From an uncultured Clostridia bacterium (GTDB lineage Bacteria; Bacillota; Clostridia; TANB77; CAG-508), in NCBI GenBank assembly GCA_947629085.1, contig CANRCM010000002.1, forward strand, positions 1,208 through 65,207: 64,000 nt of DNA, given 5' to 3'. A program made the translations under genes and the position numbers. Positions 30,872-42,682 of this stretch are shown here, piece after piece. Position 1 is the first letter of the stretch. Each line of letters begins with the position of its first letter. A model generated the notes under the pieces. That model worked only from the letters and a program-made list of their open reading frames with translations, ran no database searches and had not been told where the DNA came from.

Positions 30872-33800
30872 TCAATCTATTAATATATTAACATATATTT
30901 TAATTTTTATGATTGTAATATTAGTAGTACTTTCTTTAATTTTTATTGTACTAAAAATCAAAGAAAATAATGACAAAAAAGATAAAAAACAAAAAATCAA
31001 AAAAAATGATAAGGCAACAAAAAATAAAAAAGCAGAAGAAGTAACAAAAGAATATAGTAAAGAATCTATATTTTCATTTATGGAATTTGACAAAATTGAA
31101 GACAACATGATTATAAAAAAAGAGATGAAAAATTATTTAATGGTAATTGAATGTCAAGGAATAAATTATGATTTGATGTCTGGCGTAGAAAAAACAAGTG
31201 TAGAACAAGGATTTTTACAATTCTTAAATACATTAAGACATCCTATACAAATTTATACACAAACAAGAACAGTAAATTTAGGAAATAGTATAGTTACATA
31301 TAAAGATAAATTAAAAGAAATTCAAGAAAATTTAGTAAAAACAGAGATGGATTATAGACAACGAGTAAATTCAGGAAAATATTCTCAAGAAGAACTTGAA
31401 AAATTTTATCTAGAAGTAGTAAAACAAAGAAATTTATATGAATACGGAATAGATATTATTAAAAACACAGAGCAAATGAGTTTTAATAAAAACATATTAA
31501 CAAAGCAATATTATATAATTATATCTTACTATCCAGAAGATATGGAAAATAGAGATTTTGATAAAGAAGAAATTAAAAATCTAGCTTTTTCTGAACTATA
31601 TACAAAAGCACAATCAATTATAAGTGCATTATTCGTATGCGGAGTAAATGGAAGAATATTAGATTCTACACAATTAGCAGAATTATTATATGTAGCATAT
31701 AACAGAGATGAATCTGAGGTATATGATTTAAATAAGGCACTAAGGTCAGGATATGAAGAACTATATTCTACAGCGCCTGATGTTTTAGATAAAAAAATGC
31801 AAGAATTAGACAAGAAAATAGAAGAAGAAGCAACTAAAAAAGCAAATGATGCGGTATTTATGGCAACAGAAGAAAACAAAAAAGAAAAAGAAGTAAGAGA
31901 AAAAGAAAGAAAAATTAACAAATTAATTGATGATATGGCCAAAATGATAATCGAAGAAAATGAAAGTTTTTTAGGAACAGAAGTAACAGAGAAAGCAAAA
32001 GAAATAGTAGATAGGGAAGATACAAAAGAAAAATCAAAGAAAAAAGGAGGTAATACGGATGAGAAAAAAGCAACAACAACAAGAAGAACTAGAAAAACAG
32101 TATAATACAGCGAATGAAGAAGAACAAATAAATATATTGAGAAAGAAAAGTATAAAAGAATTGATTGCTCCATCAGGTATAGATGCTTCCAATATTGATC
32201 ATTTAGAAATAATATCTAATACTAAAAGATATGCAAGAAGCTTTTTTGTATCATCATTGCCAAGAATGTGTACGTTTCCAGAATTATTTAGGGACATGTA
32301 TCTTTTTGGAGATATAAATACATCTGTATATATAACACCAATAAAAGAAGAGAGATCTCAAAATGAATTAAATAGAGTAATTAATGAATTAGAGACAGAA
32401 AGAATTGTAGCAGCAGATAAAGGAAATATAAATAGAGAAAGTATCATATCACAAAAAAGATTTGAGGCAGAGGAATTAAGAGATGAAATAGCAGCAGGAT
32501 TTAATAAATTATATGAAGCATCTGTAGTGGCAACTTTATTTTCATATAATTTAGAAGAGTTAGATAGATATACAAAATTATTAGCTAGCGAAATGTCTAA
32601 AACTTTAGTAGGAATAAAAACCGCATGGGGAATACAAGAAGAAGCTTTTCAATCTAATTTACCATTAATGAATAATAAAATAGATAAAAGACATACCTTT
32701 GATAGAAATTCAATGGGAACAGTATTTCCTTTTACAACATCAGAAATCGGACATCCTACAGGAGTACCACTAGGATTTAATAAACAAACAGGTACACCAA
32801 TATTATTTGATAATTTTCATAGTTCACTTACAAATTATAACATGGTTATATTTGCAAAGTCAGGTGCTGGTAAATCAGTTACTATGAAAACTTTAGTATC
32901 AAGATCTTCTGTACTTATGGGAATAGAAAGTTTAGCTTTAGATGCGGAAGGAGAATATAGAATAGTTGCTGAAAGTTTAGGAGGAATTAATGTTGTAATA
33001 AGCCCTACATCAAAAACAGTTATTAATGTTTTTGATATAGAAGTAGAGAATATTAAAGATGAGATTACAGGAAGAGAAAGAACTGTTCTAAACGTAGAAA
33101 ATAAAGTAGAAGATGTTACGCAAGCCTTACTTACAATGGCAAGAGGAAGTACAAAAAGTGAAGAAGTAAATGAGCTTACAAAACAAATAATAGCAGAATC
33201 AGTTGCAGAAGAATATGCAGCTAGAGGAATAACAAGTGATCCAAAAAGTTTATATGAATCATCACAAAACACAATAAATAATGGAAATATGTTTTCTAAA
33301 GAAAAGAAAAAAATGCCAACAATAGGAAGTTGGTATAGAAGAATTCAAAAGAAAGCACAAGACAACAAAAATAATGATTACCAATATCATTATAGTTATT
33401 TATTAAAAGTTATGAAGCAATACATAAGAGAATATGATGGGCAAATGGCATATTTTGATGGGCAATCTACATTTGAACTATTAGATGGATCGCCATTCAT
33501 TAATATAGATATATCTCAGTTAGAGGAAAGATTTGCAAGACCATTAGCACAGCAAATATTACTTTCTTGGATTTGGGAAAAATTTGTAAAGAAGAATAGT
33601 GAAGATAGAAAAAAGGCTAAGAAGAAAAGAGTTCTTGTAGATGAAGCTTGGATGTTACTTCCATATCAAGAAGCAGTAGATTTCTTAAATAAAATGGCAA
33701 GACGTGCTAGAAAAAGAAATGTTTCTCTTGCTATTATTTCTCAAAGATTTCAAGATTTCTATGAAAAACAAGAAGCACAAGCAGTTTTAACATCATCAGA

Positions 33801-34023
33801 TACAAAGTTATTCTTAGCACAAGATAAATCAGAAATACAATACTTAAAAGAAGTATTTAAACTTTCTGAGGGAGAGGCAAATTTTTTGATTACATGTCAA
33901 AAAGGAGAAGGTCTGTTTAAAGTTGGATCAGATACAGCAATTCTAAAGATAATGCCAACTAAAAAGGAATTTGAATTTGTAGAAACAAATTTAAATCAAT
34001 TAGCAAAACAAAGAGGAATGTAA
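30864..34023 (+). CDS. VirB4-like conjugative ATPase (copy C), read as one ~1050-aa gene split by an extra C at 32056. It has an N-terminal TM anchor plus K-rich extension, the VirB4 N-domain, then the ATPase body.
   Basis: Deleting C32056 joins ...KSKKKGGN to RMRKKQQQQEE... in frame, mirroring the contiguous arrangement in copy B. Walker A (FAKSGAGKS), Walker B (VLVDEAWMLL) and IISQRFQDF are present. Confidence 0.7.
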
Positions 34024-34041
34024 AAAAATAGGAGGACGAAA

Positions 34042-37000
34042 ATGAAAATTTTTACTAACAAAAAGATATGGCAAAAAATAATAATATTAATATTAATTAT
34101 ATTATTTTTTCAAATCTTTATTCCTAAACCATCACATGCAATTCCAGGAGACGTTTTATTAGAACCAGTTACTAATTTATTTGCAAATCTTGGAGATGGC
34201 ATTATGAATATTATGCAAAAAACTTTTATGGGCATGGATACATCAGGAGCATGGATTGAAAAAGGGAATGCATCATTTTGGCGAACGATTGCTATTATAG
34301 GGGCTGCTATACTAGCTGCTACAATAGCTGTTGCGGCAATAGTGCTTTCAGGAGGAGTAGGATTGGCTGTTTTTGCCTCAGCAGCAGGAGCAGTACTAAA
34401 AATTGCACGGAGTTGCAACTATAGTGTATTTTGCAGCAAGTGTAACCCATTTTCGGCGAAAAAGGATTTTATGTGCCTGATTATGAATTAACACCTCAAA
34501 GCATTTTTCAAAATGAGATATTAGCTTTTGATGTTAACTTTTTTAATCCAAAAGCAGATAAAATAACAAAAACAGTTGTAAAAGATAGAGATAGTGACGT
34601 AACGTTTAATGTTGATAATGATTTTAAAGGTGATTATAAATCAAATATAATAAATTTAAGGGGTAATGATAAAATTCCAGATATGAATGTTAGTTACGAA
34701 AATATTGATTTAGCTTTATCTAAGGGATTGGGGTATAATGGAGTTTCAAATAGTACAAACAATCCTAACATTTCAATAGAAGACATTGCAAAAGAATGTT
34801 ATAAAAATATGACGTTAGAAACTGGAGAGACTCCAGAATTAACGTATTCTGAAGGTGATAGACAAACAATTAGTGACACATACACTCTTAAGTCAAATGG
34901 AATTTATGAAGGAGAATATAAAATAACAGAAACAGTATTAATAAAAGCTAAAAATTATAGAGGAAGAATTGTTTTAACTAAAACATTTTACAATGGATGG
35001 ATTAGTTCAACGGATAGAAAAAGTGATAAAGTTGTAGTAAATACAACAACAGATGTATCTTCAGCTAAAGAATTACAACCGGTAATAGCATCATGGTATA
35101 AAGCTTTTAGAAATATAGCTCTTGTCGCTTTATTATCTGTATTAGTATATGTAGGTATAAGAATTACACTATCTAGTACTGCAGGAGATAAGGCGAAATA
35201 TAAACAAATGCTAGTTGATTGGACTGTAGCAATATGTTTGATTTTTTTGATGCACTACATAATGTCTTTTGCAGTTACTATTAATGAAAAAATAATAAAA
35301 ACAATTTCTTCAATTACGGTTTCTAATTCTGTATCAAAACAAGAAAACGAAGTTACAAAAGGTAATGGTAAAACTTTTGCTAATTATCAAAGTAAAAGTA
35401 CTAAAGGATCAGATGAGACGAAAAGCAAATTAAACAATAATGCGGGAATCAAGTCAGGAGAAGAAGCGAAAGGTGACGGGCTAGAGGTATTTATAATAAA
35501 TGATAAAGAAGATGTAAAGGCCGCTTGGAAAACATTAGTGGGAGAAAAAGGTGAAGATAGTAAATTTTTTAAATATTTTGATGGTGACTCAGAAGATAAT
35601 GTAAATATTTTATCATTACCAGCTCATGATTTTATGACACAAGCAAGGATGTATGGTCAAAAAGTAAATGTAGATAATGAATCGGATGACCAGACTGAAT
35701 CAGATAATAGCAGTCAAACATCAGTTGCTAGAGCTGGATATAACATTATATATGTTGTTTTGGTAATATTTACAGTAATATTCTGTTTTACATATCTAAA
35801 GAGGGTAATATATATGGCATTCTTAACAATTATTGCACCTTTAGTTGCTATAACATATCCTATAGATAAAATGAATGATGGAAAAGCACAAGCTTTTGAT
35901 TTGTGGTTAAAAGAATATATATTTAACTTATTAATACAACCAATGCATTTAATATTGTATATAGTTTTAGTAGGTTCTGCAATGAAATTTGCGGCTCATA
36001 ACATATTTTATGCAGTTATAGCATTAGGATTTATAGCATCAGCTGAAAAATTATTACGTAGATTCTTCGGATTTGAAAAAGCAAATACACCAGGAATGTT
36101 TGCAGGACCAGCAGGAACAGCATTAATGATGTCAGGTTTAAGTAAACTAATGCATAGACCTCCTCAAGGAAAATTAGGATCAGGAGGAAGAAATGGTAAC
36201 TCTAATGATTCTGAAGAAAAAGTAAAAGCACCAAAGATGAATAGAAATGTTGATGACACAGCTGGATTGTTTGGTAAAGAAACTGAAGAAAAAGAATTAC
36301 CTGTAGGAGGAAAAGAAACAAGCAATAAGAAAGAAATAAAAAATAAAGAAGAAAAAAGCAAATTTAAATTATCAAAAGGACAGCAAGAAGGAATAGATGA
36401 TTTAAAAGCACAAGGACTTAAACCAGGAGATCGAGAATTTGACCAAGCATTAATGAACATGGGTATTGATCCAAAAGCATACAAAAATTCTATGTTAAAT
36501 AATGGAGGAACAAATAAAACTCCATCAGGAAAAACACCTAATGGCACAAAGACACCAATTCCAAGTAATATGAAACCAAAATTAAGAACAAGAATAAAGA
36601 AAAAATTAAGAAGACCTACGAAAGCGTTAGCAAGTGGATTAAGAGCATATGGAAGAAAGAAAAATAAAAAATATTATGGAAAAACAAATGGACAAATAGC
36701 AGCGTTAATGCTTAAGAAGGGAGTAGGAAAAGGATTAGGATTAGGTGCAGAAGCAGCAACTACAACTTTAGCAGCATCAGCAGCAGGACTAGCATCTATC
36801 ACAAGTGGAGATCCACAAAAGGCACTTCAAAACATGGCTGTAGCAGGAGCTTCTGGGTATGCTCTAGGAAAAGGAATAGCAGGAAAAATTGAAGGCTCAG
36901 ATAATCAAGAAATATTTGATGCTATGAAGGAAGGATACTATGGAGATGACTATAAAGAAGTACAGCAAAAACAATTTGAAAAACAATTTGCAAAAGATGA

Positions 37001-37358
37001 AGAAAATCTAAAGAAGATAGAGAAAACTCTAAAATTAGAAAGAAAACAAGCTGAAAAAGTTGCTAAAGATGTTGCAAAAAATACACAAATAGATGGAATT
37101 GAAAATGTAGATCAAGCATTAGCAATGTATCAAATGCAACAAGAAGGAAAATATAGCGATAAAGAGATAGGATATGCAGCAAGTTATAATGAAAAAATAT
37201 TAGAAGGAAGAAATACTAAATACATGAAAGACAGAGAAGAACATAGAAATAGTTTAAAAGAATCTTTTATAAGAAACGGAGATAGTGAACATATGGCAGA
37301 AATAAAATCACAAAATGTATTCAAGGCTATGGATAGATATAATGAATTCAAAAAATAA
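34042..37358 (+). CDS. VirB6/TcpH/ConG-like polytopic membrane protein, read as one ~1100-aa gene split by two extra Cs (34408 and 34454).
   Basis: Removing both Cs gives a continuous ...AVLKIAGVATIVYFAASVTHFGEKGFYVPDYELTPQ. At least 6 TM helices lie mid-protein. The C-terminal half is a long hydrophilic K/G-rich tail. Confidence 0.55.
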
Positions 37359-37375
37359 AAAAGGAGGCTAAAATC

Positions 37376-38308
37376 ATGCATAACTTTTTAAGATATATTA
37401 GGCAAAATAGGAAAAAAATTATAAAAGGGGTATTGATTATAGCCTTCTTCATTATAATGTTAAATTTATTGAATTATTTTATAAAAGATGAAGGAAGTAA
37501 TGATAGTTCATCTAGTGATATTTATAATACTTCAAATGGAACAATAGTATCAGATAAATCAGCTGTATCTGGAGGTAAAATATCAACTAGAGAATTAGAG
37601 AAGGTTAGCAATCAAATTAATGACTTTGTTGAATTATGCAACAGCAATAAAGTAGAAGATGCATATAATCTAATTTCAGATGCATGTAAAGAAGCGTTAT
37701 ATCCTAATATAGAATATTTTACAAATAACTATTACGACATATTATTTAATGGAAAAAATAGAGAATATACAATAGAAAACTGGACAGGAGATACATATAT
37801 AGTTAAGTTTACTGAAGACTTGTTAGCGACAGGAAAATCAACAAAGGAAAATAGCTATTCTGATTATATTACAATAGTAGATGAAAATGGAGAAAAAAAG
37901 TTAAATATTAATAAATTTATAGGAAAAGAAGAAATAAATAAAAAAGGAGAAAATGATAACATAAAAGCAGAAGTATTATCAAGATCTAAATATTTTGATT
38001 ATGAAGTATATGAAATAAAAGTTACAAACGACACTGATAGTCCAATATTATTAGACCAATTATTAGATTCAGAAACAATATACTTAAAAGATAATAAAGG
38101 AAATAGACATTATTCATATAATAATGAAATAGTAAAAGAAGACTTAAAAATTTTCTCTGGATTTTCAAAAACAATAAAAATAAAATTTGATAATCCTTAT
38201 ATTACAGGTAGAAAGATAGCTTCACTTAATTTTTCAGAAGCAGTATTAGAATACGATGAAAATAATTATGGTTCAATTTCAACAACTAAAGTTTCTGTAA
38301 ATTTATAA
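37376..38308 (+). CDS. N-terminally membrane-anchored protein, possibly VirB8/TcpC-like.
   Basis: One TM helix (IIKGVLIIAFFIIMLNLL), then a ~270-aa soluble domain. The call is positional only. Confidence 0.3.
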   Translation: MHNFLRYIRQNRKKIIKGVLIIAFFIIMLNLLNYFIKDEGSNDSSSSDIYNTSNGTIVSDKSAVSGGKISTRELEKVSNQINDFVELCNSNKVEDAYNLISDACKEALYPNIEYFTNNYYDILFNGKNREYTIENWTGDTYIVKFTEDLLATGKSTKENSYSDYITIVDENGEKKLNINKFIGKEEINKKGENDNIKAEVLSRSKYFDYEVYEIKVTNDTDSPILLDQLLDSETIYLKDNKGNRHYSYNNEIVKEDLKIFSGFSKTIKIKFDNPYITGRKIASLNFSEAVLEYDENNYGSISTTKVSVNL

Positions 38309-38333
38309 ATATTAAAAGAAAGGGACAATTAAA

Positions 38334-38549
38334 ATGAGTGAAGAAGAGGTAAGTAAAACAAAAAAAGCAGATATAATAAAAAAAATAGCATTAAGATTTC
38401 TCCTGATTTTATTAATTAGTATAATTATAGGAGCATTGCTACTAGCATTTGCTATGACAGTATTTAAAAAAGATACAGGAGATTCAGAATTTAAGGACAA
38501 CAAAAAAGAATGGGAAGAATTAACAGAAAATTTTAAAACAGATGAATAG
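38334..38549 (+). CDS. Small single-TM protein.
   Basis: 71 aa with its own RBS. TM helix LRFLLILLISIIIGALLLAFAM. Confidence 0.4.
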   Translation: MSEEEVSKTKKADIIKKIALRFLLILLISIIIGALLLAFAMTVFKKDTGDSEFKDNKKEWEELTENFKTDE

Positions 38550-38581
38550 AAATTAAGAAATATTAAATAGGAGAAGGTATT

Positions 38582-41500
38582 ATGCGAAAAATAAAATTTA
38601 AAAATAAAATAAAATATCAATTTAATATTTTGATGAAAAAATTAGTATCAATATTAGTAATAATAACAAGTATATTTTTCTATTTACCAGTTATTAGTTT
38701 TGCTGCTGATTCTAATTCAGATAATGATAAAAAATCTCCAGCACTAGTTCCAGTAGCAGCAGATTCTATTATTTCTAAATATGTAGATACTAATTTTAGT
38801 GGAGGTAGTGAATCTAATAGTTCCAATAGTTCTTCAAGAATTATTACTGATAATAAAGAAAAAGGAAATGGGTGGGATAGTATAACTACAGTTAAATATC
38901 CTAATGGAACAGAAAGGACATATAGGAATTATAAACAGTTTCCAAATAACGAAGAAAATGATTATTATAATTATCCATATTGGGATGGTAAGATTCGTGA
39001 TTCAGGATGTGGACCAACTTCTATAGCAATTATATTAAGTGGTTATGGATATGACTATAATCCAAGAGACGTAGTACAAAAAATGAGTAGACTAGGAATT
39101 ACATATTCAAATTATGACTATCTTGTGAAGACATTGAAAAGCTTTAATATAGATTGTGAACTAAAAAGTTGGACAGACAATTCGGAAAAAGAAATAAAAA
39201 AGAACTTTGAAGAAGGTAGACCTATGATAGTAGGAGTGCCAAACCATTTTGTAACTTATGTAGGCTTAGATAAAGATGAAAAATTAATAATTTCTGATCC
39301 TGGTAAAAATGATGGACAACATGGTATATATGGAGCCACAATACCAGAACTAAAGAGAAACCAATCAACTCATCAATATATACTTATAAAATCAAATGGA
39401 ACTGCTACATCTGATAGCTCAAATTCATCTAGTAAAAACAGTTCTAATAATGAGTCAGATTCTTCATCATCAAAAACCGATTCAAATAATAATACAAGTG
39501 GTTCAGGTAAAGTTATAAGTACATCAAATTATAATTCAACAGGTGGATATTCTGGAGTATATGAGAGTAGAACTACAGGTAAAAAATTTAAAGAATATAA
39601 GCAAGATTCTTCATGGGCAATTTCTACATTTCCAAAAGTAGCTTGGACACAAGAATGTGGTAAAATATCAGCATTAATTATAGGAAGTGGTTATACAAAT
39701 AAGGCTACTTATAAAGATTTATATGAAAATATATTAGAAGAAGGAAAACAAAATCCAAATGTTCATTCGATAATAAATACATATACAAATACAAATTCTG
39801 ATTTTCAATCAATGGTAAGCATAGAAACTTTAAAGGATGCTCTATCAGAAGGATGTGTTGCATCAATACATGTAAGTGGATATCCTAATACTCCAACTCA
39901 CTTTTTGTCAATACTAGATATTGACGAAACAAAAACAAAGATATATTTATCAGACCCATGTGGAAAAAGCAGCAGTTATGACGGTTGGAAAGATATTTCG
40001 ATAGTAAGTAGTTTAGGAACTCATGAAATATGTTTTGTTTCAAGTGATGGAAAAGTTGTTGATTATAGTGGAGATGGAGATTCAAGTGATTCTTCAGATG
40101 GTTCATCAGAATCCAATATAGATATGAGTAAAAACATAGTACCTAATGGACGTGGCGGATATAAAATAAATATAAAACTAAATAAAGAAATTGATGATAT
40201 GCTAGCGAAATTGAAGAAAACAGATTTTAAAATGGAATCATACTTAAGTAGCAAAAATCAGAAAAAATACTTAAAAAATATGATAAAAGCAGCAATAGTA
40301 ACTCAATATCCTGATTTAAGAAGTGCTCAAGAAATTGAAAATGATGATGAAGTACAAGGAGAAACTCAAGGATGTATAAGGATTAAAAGATATCCAGATG
40401 GAGAAACTAAAGCTTTTGCGGGAATAGATAATAATGATGAAGGAATATATCTAGCATATAAACCATATGAAGAATTTTATAAGATGATAAGTGATGGTGA
40501 CAAAAATGCATTAAAGTATTTTTCTATGGATTCTTCAAACAATATAGTAGTTGCTGGTTGGGAAACTATGGAGGTTGAAATATCTGGTCCAACTCAAACA
40601 AATGCGAGTGAAGTGGGTAATGCACCAGATAGTTATAAAGAAGAATATACTCCTATAAGTCAACCATATTCAAAATTGACAGAAAAGAAAGTATCATACT
40701 TAAATCAAGTTTCTAACTATACTATGCCATTTAGTTTAATGTGGTCTTTGTTAGTATATGGCCATGATGAAGATTTTGTAAATGACTTAGCTAAATTAGT
40801 TATAAGTACAGATATTATCATAGGATGTTATGATGCAACAGATGTTAGAGTAACAAGTCATGATTTTACATATAGTAAAATAGGAGAAGCAAAAATAGAA
40901 GCAAGATTATCAAATCCAACTAGTGAAACTCCACATGCATCAGATACAAAGCAATATACAACTGTGCAAGTAGAATACAAATTCAAAGTAACAGAAACGG
41001 ATACATTAAAAACGGATAATCCATCTTTAAATGTTATATATGCAGATACATGGACAGCTGTATATAAAAGAGATTTTAAAGTAAAATCTGAAACAAAAAA
41101 ATCAGATGAACAAACAAGCAATCATGGAGATAAAACAACGGAAACAAATTATTATACAATAAATGGTGAAAAATATAGTGGAGATAGAAAGCCAGATGAT
41201 GAAACTTTAACACAAAAAATTGATGAAACAGTAGAAAAAGAATCTGAAGATTTATTAAATAAAGAATTAGAAGAATTAAGAGAATCAGTTGAAGGAGCAA
41301 ATAGGCAAATCCAATATAAATATCAAGCTTTAAGCAAAAAAATAAATGAAATTTATAGTAGAGAGAGTAATGCAGATCTTAATAAATTTTTAAATATTAA
41401 AGATGTACAAAGTTATATCATAAATATGATTATAGACCAATCTTCTAATACAATAATAGAGAGTACATTTAATGTAGAAAATGCTTTAATGTTAAAATAT

Positions 41501-42589
41501 GCTAAAAGTGTTAATTCGAACGATCATGTAAGTATATTAAACAAAGCAGTACAAGCGGTTCAATTTTTACAACAAGATGAAGAATTATATAATGAAATAA
41601 CAAAAAATAATAAGGATTTTACAAAGGCGCAAGTATATAATACTAATATAACAAGTGTGCAAATCACAGAAGAGAAGAAAAAAACAAATAATAAAGAAAC
41701 AATAAATGAAACAACAACTACATCACAAGTAGAAGAAGTTCCTACTTCAGAAGATAATGTTAGATTTAAAAAAGATAAAAATGCTGATGAAAATAGTTTT
41801 GTAAAATTATTAGCATATAGTAAAAGTGCAAATGGAAATTTACAAATAGTAAATGCTTGGTTTTTTGACTCATTGGAAGATACAGAAGCAATAGCAGATT
41901 TAGAAGATTTAATGAAATATTTATTCCAATGTGTATATAAGCAAAATTATGGAATTAAGAAAGAAGATATAGAAAAACTAAAAGATTTATTTGATCCAGA
42001 CAAATTTCAAAGTATAGGATCAAAATCTAGTAGTAGTAAAAGTGTTAGAACTAGTGATATGTTATGGGAATTTATAAAGGCATGGGAATCACATGAAGGA
42101 CTAAGTGAAGATGGAAAAAAATATAGAATAGGATTAGTATTAGGTAATAGAACCGTAGGATACGGATTTGATATAGACGCTAATGGATATGAAGATACTT
42201 TAAAAAAAGCAGGATATTCTACAAACGTAGGAGATTATATTGATGTAGATTTTATTGATAATTTAAGTAAAAAAGAATTATCTGAAAAAAGGCAAGCGAT
42301 TATTAACCAATTTAAAAACTGCAATCCACCATTAAATGAACAGCAAATAGATGCACTAACAGCTATTGCATATCAATATGGACCATATTCTTGGAAGGCA
42401 TCTTTTATAGATGCATATAGTAAATATGGAAATACAGATCAATTAAGATACAATGTCTATACAAATGGTAGTAATCATTGGCAAATATTTGTCAAAGGTC
42501 CAGAAAGCAATGGAAGGCCTGCAGCAAACTGGAAATTATTCCATGAAGGTAAATATACTAATGGAAGAGGACAGGAAATAACTTTATAA
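38582..42589 (+). CDS. Giant secreted cell-wall hydrolase (TcpG/PrgK/CwlT analog). Two tandem papain-fold Cys/His peptidase-like domains plus a C-terminal GH24 (T4-lysozyme-like) domain.
   Basis: Signal/TM N-terminus. Domain 1: DSGCGPTSIAI...NHFVTYVGLD...SDPG. Domain 2: TQECGKISALI...THFLSILDID...SDPCG. C-terminus: WESHEGLSEDGKKYRIGLVLGNRTVGYGFDID, carrying the Glu/Asp/Thr lysozyme triad. Confidence 0.6.
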   Translation: MRKIKFKNKIKYQFNILMKKLVSILVIITSIFFYLPVISFAADSNSDNDKKSPALVPVAADSIISKYVDTNFSGGSESNSSNSSSRIITDNKEKGNGWDSITTVKYPNGTERTYRNYKQFPNNEENDYYNYPYWDGKIRDSGCGPTSIAIILSGYGYDYNPRDVVQKMSRLGITYSNYDYLVKTLKSFNIDCELKSWTDNSEKEIKKNFEEGRPMIVGVPNHFVTYVGLDKDEKLIISDPGKNDGQHGIYGATIPELKRNQSTHQYILIKSNGTATSDSSNSSSKNSSNNESDSSSSKTDSNNNTSGSGKVISTSNYNSTGGYSGVYESRTTGKKFKEYKQDSSWAISTFPKVAWTQECGKISALIIGSGYTNKATYKDLYENILEEGKQNPNVHSIINTYTNTNSDFQSMVSIETLKDALSEGCVASIHVSGYPNTPTHFLSILDIDETKTKIYLSDPCGKSSSYDGWKDISIVSSLGTHEICFVSSDGKVVDYSGDGDSSDSSDGSSESNIDMSKNIVPNGRGGYKINIKLNKEIDDMLAKLKKTDFKMESYLSSKNQKKYLKNMIKAAIVTQYPDLRSAQEIENDDEVQGETQGCIRIKRYPDGETKAFAGIDNNDEGIYLAYKPYEEFYKMISDGDKNALKYFSMDSSNNIVVAGWETMEVEISGPTQTNASEVGNAPDSYKEEYTPISQPYSKLTEKKVSYLNQVSNYTMPFSLMWSLLVYGHDEDFVNDLAKLVISTDIIIGCYDATDVRVTSHDFTYSKIGEAKIEARLSNPTSETPHASDTKQYTTVQVEYKFKVTETDTLKTDNPSLNVIYADTWTAVYKRDFKVKSETKKSDEQTSNHGDKTTETNYYTINGEKYSGDRKPDDETLTQKIDETVEKESEDLLNKELEELRESVEGANRQIQYKYQALSKKINEIYSRESNADLNKFLNIKDVQSYIINMIIDQSSNTIIESTFNVENALMLKYAKSVNSNDHVSILNKAVQAVQFLQQDEELYNEITKNNKDFTKAQVYNTNITSVQITEEKKKTNNKETINETTTTSQVEEVPTSEDNVRFKKDKNADENSFVKLLAYSKSANGNLQIVNAWFFDSLEDTEAIADLEDLMKYLFQCVYKQNYGIKKEDIEKLKDLFDPDKFQSIGSKSSSSKSVRTSDMLWEFIKAWESHEGLSEDGKKYRIGLVLGNRTVGYGFDIDANGYEDTLKKAGYSTNVGDYIDVDFIDNLSKKELSEKRQAIINQFKNCNPPLNEQQIDALTAIAYQYGPYSWKASFIDAYSKYGNTDQLRYNVYTNGSNHWQIFVKGPESNGRPAANWKLFHEGKYTNGRGQEITL

Positions 42590-42682
42590 AAAATTGATAA
42601 CGCAGATAAAAGAAAATAGATAACAGTATTACATAAAATTTGTTTAAAAGGTAATTTATTAAAAAGAAAGGGAATATAATAA

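Noticed and set aside
32059-32061. Treating the 413-aa and 654-aa ORFs of the island as two genes (the ATG at 32059 has a good SD).
   Set aside because: Deleting C32056 gives a perfect in-frame join, and the homologous region in copy B is contiguous. Separate translation is kept as an alternative only.
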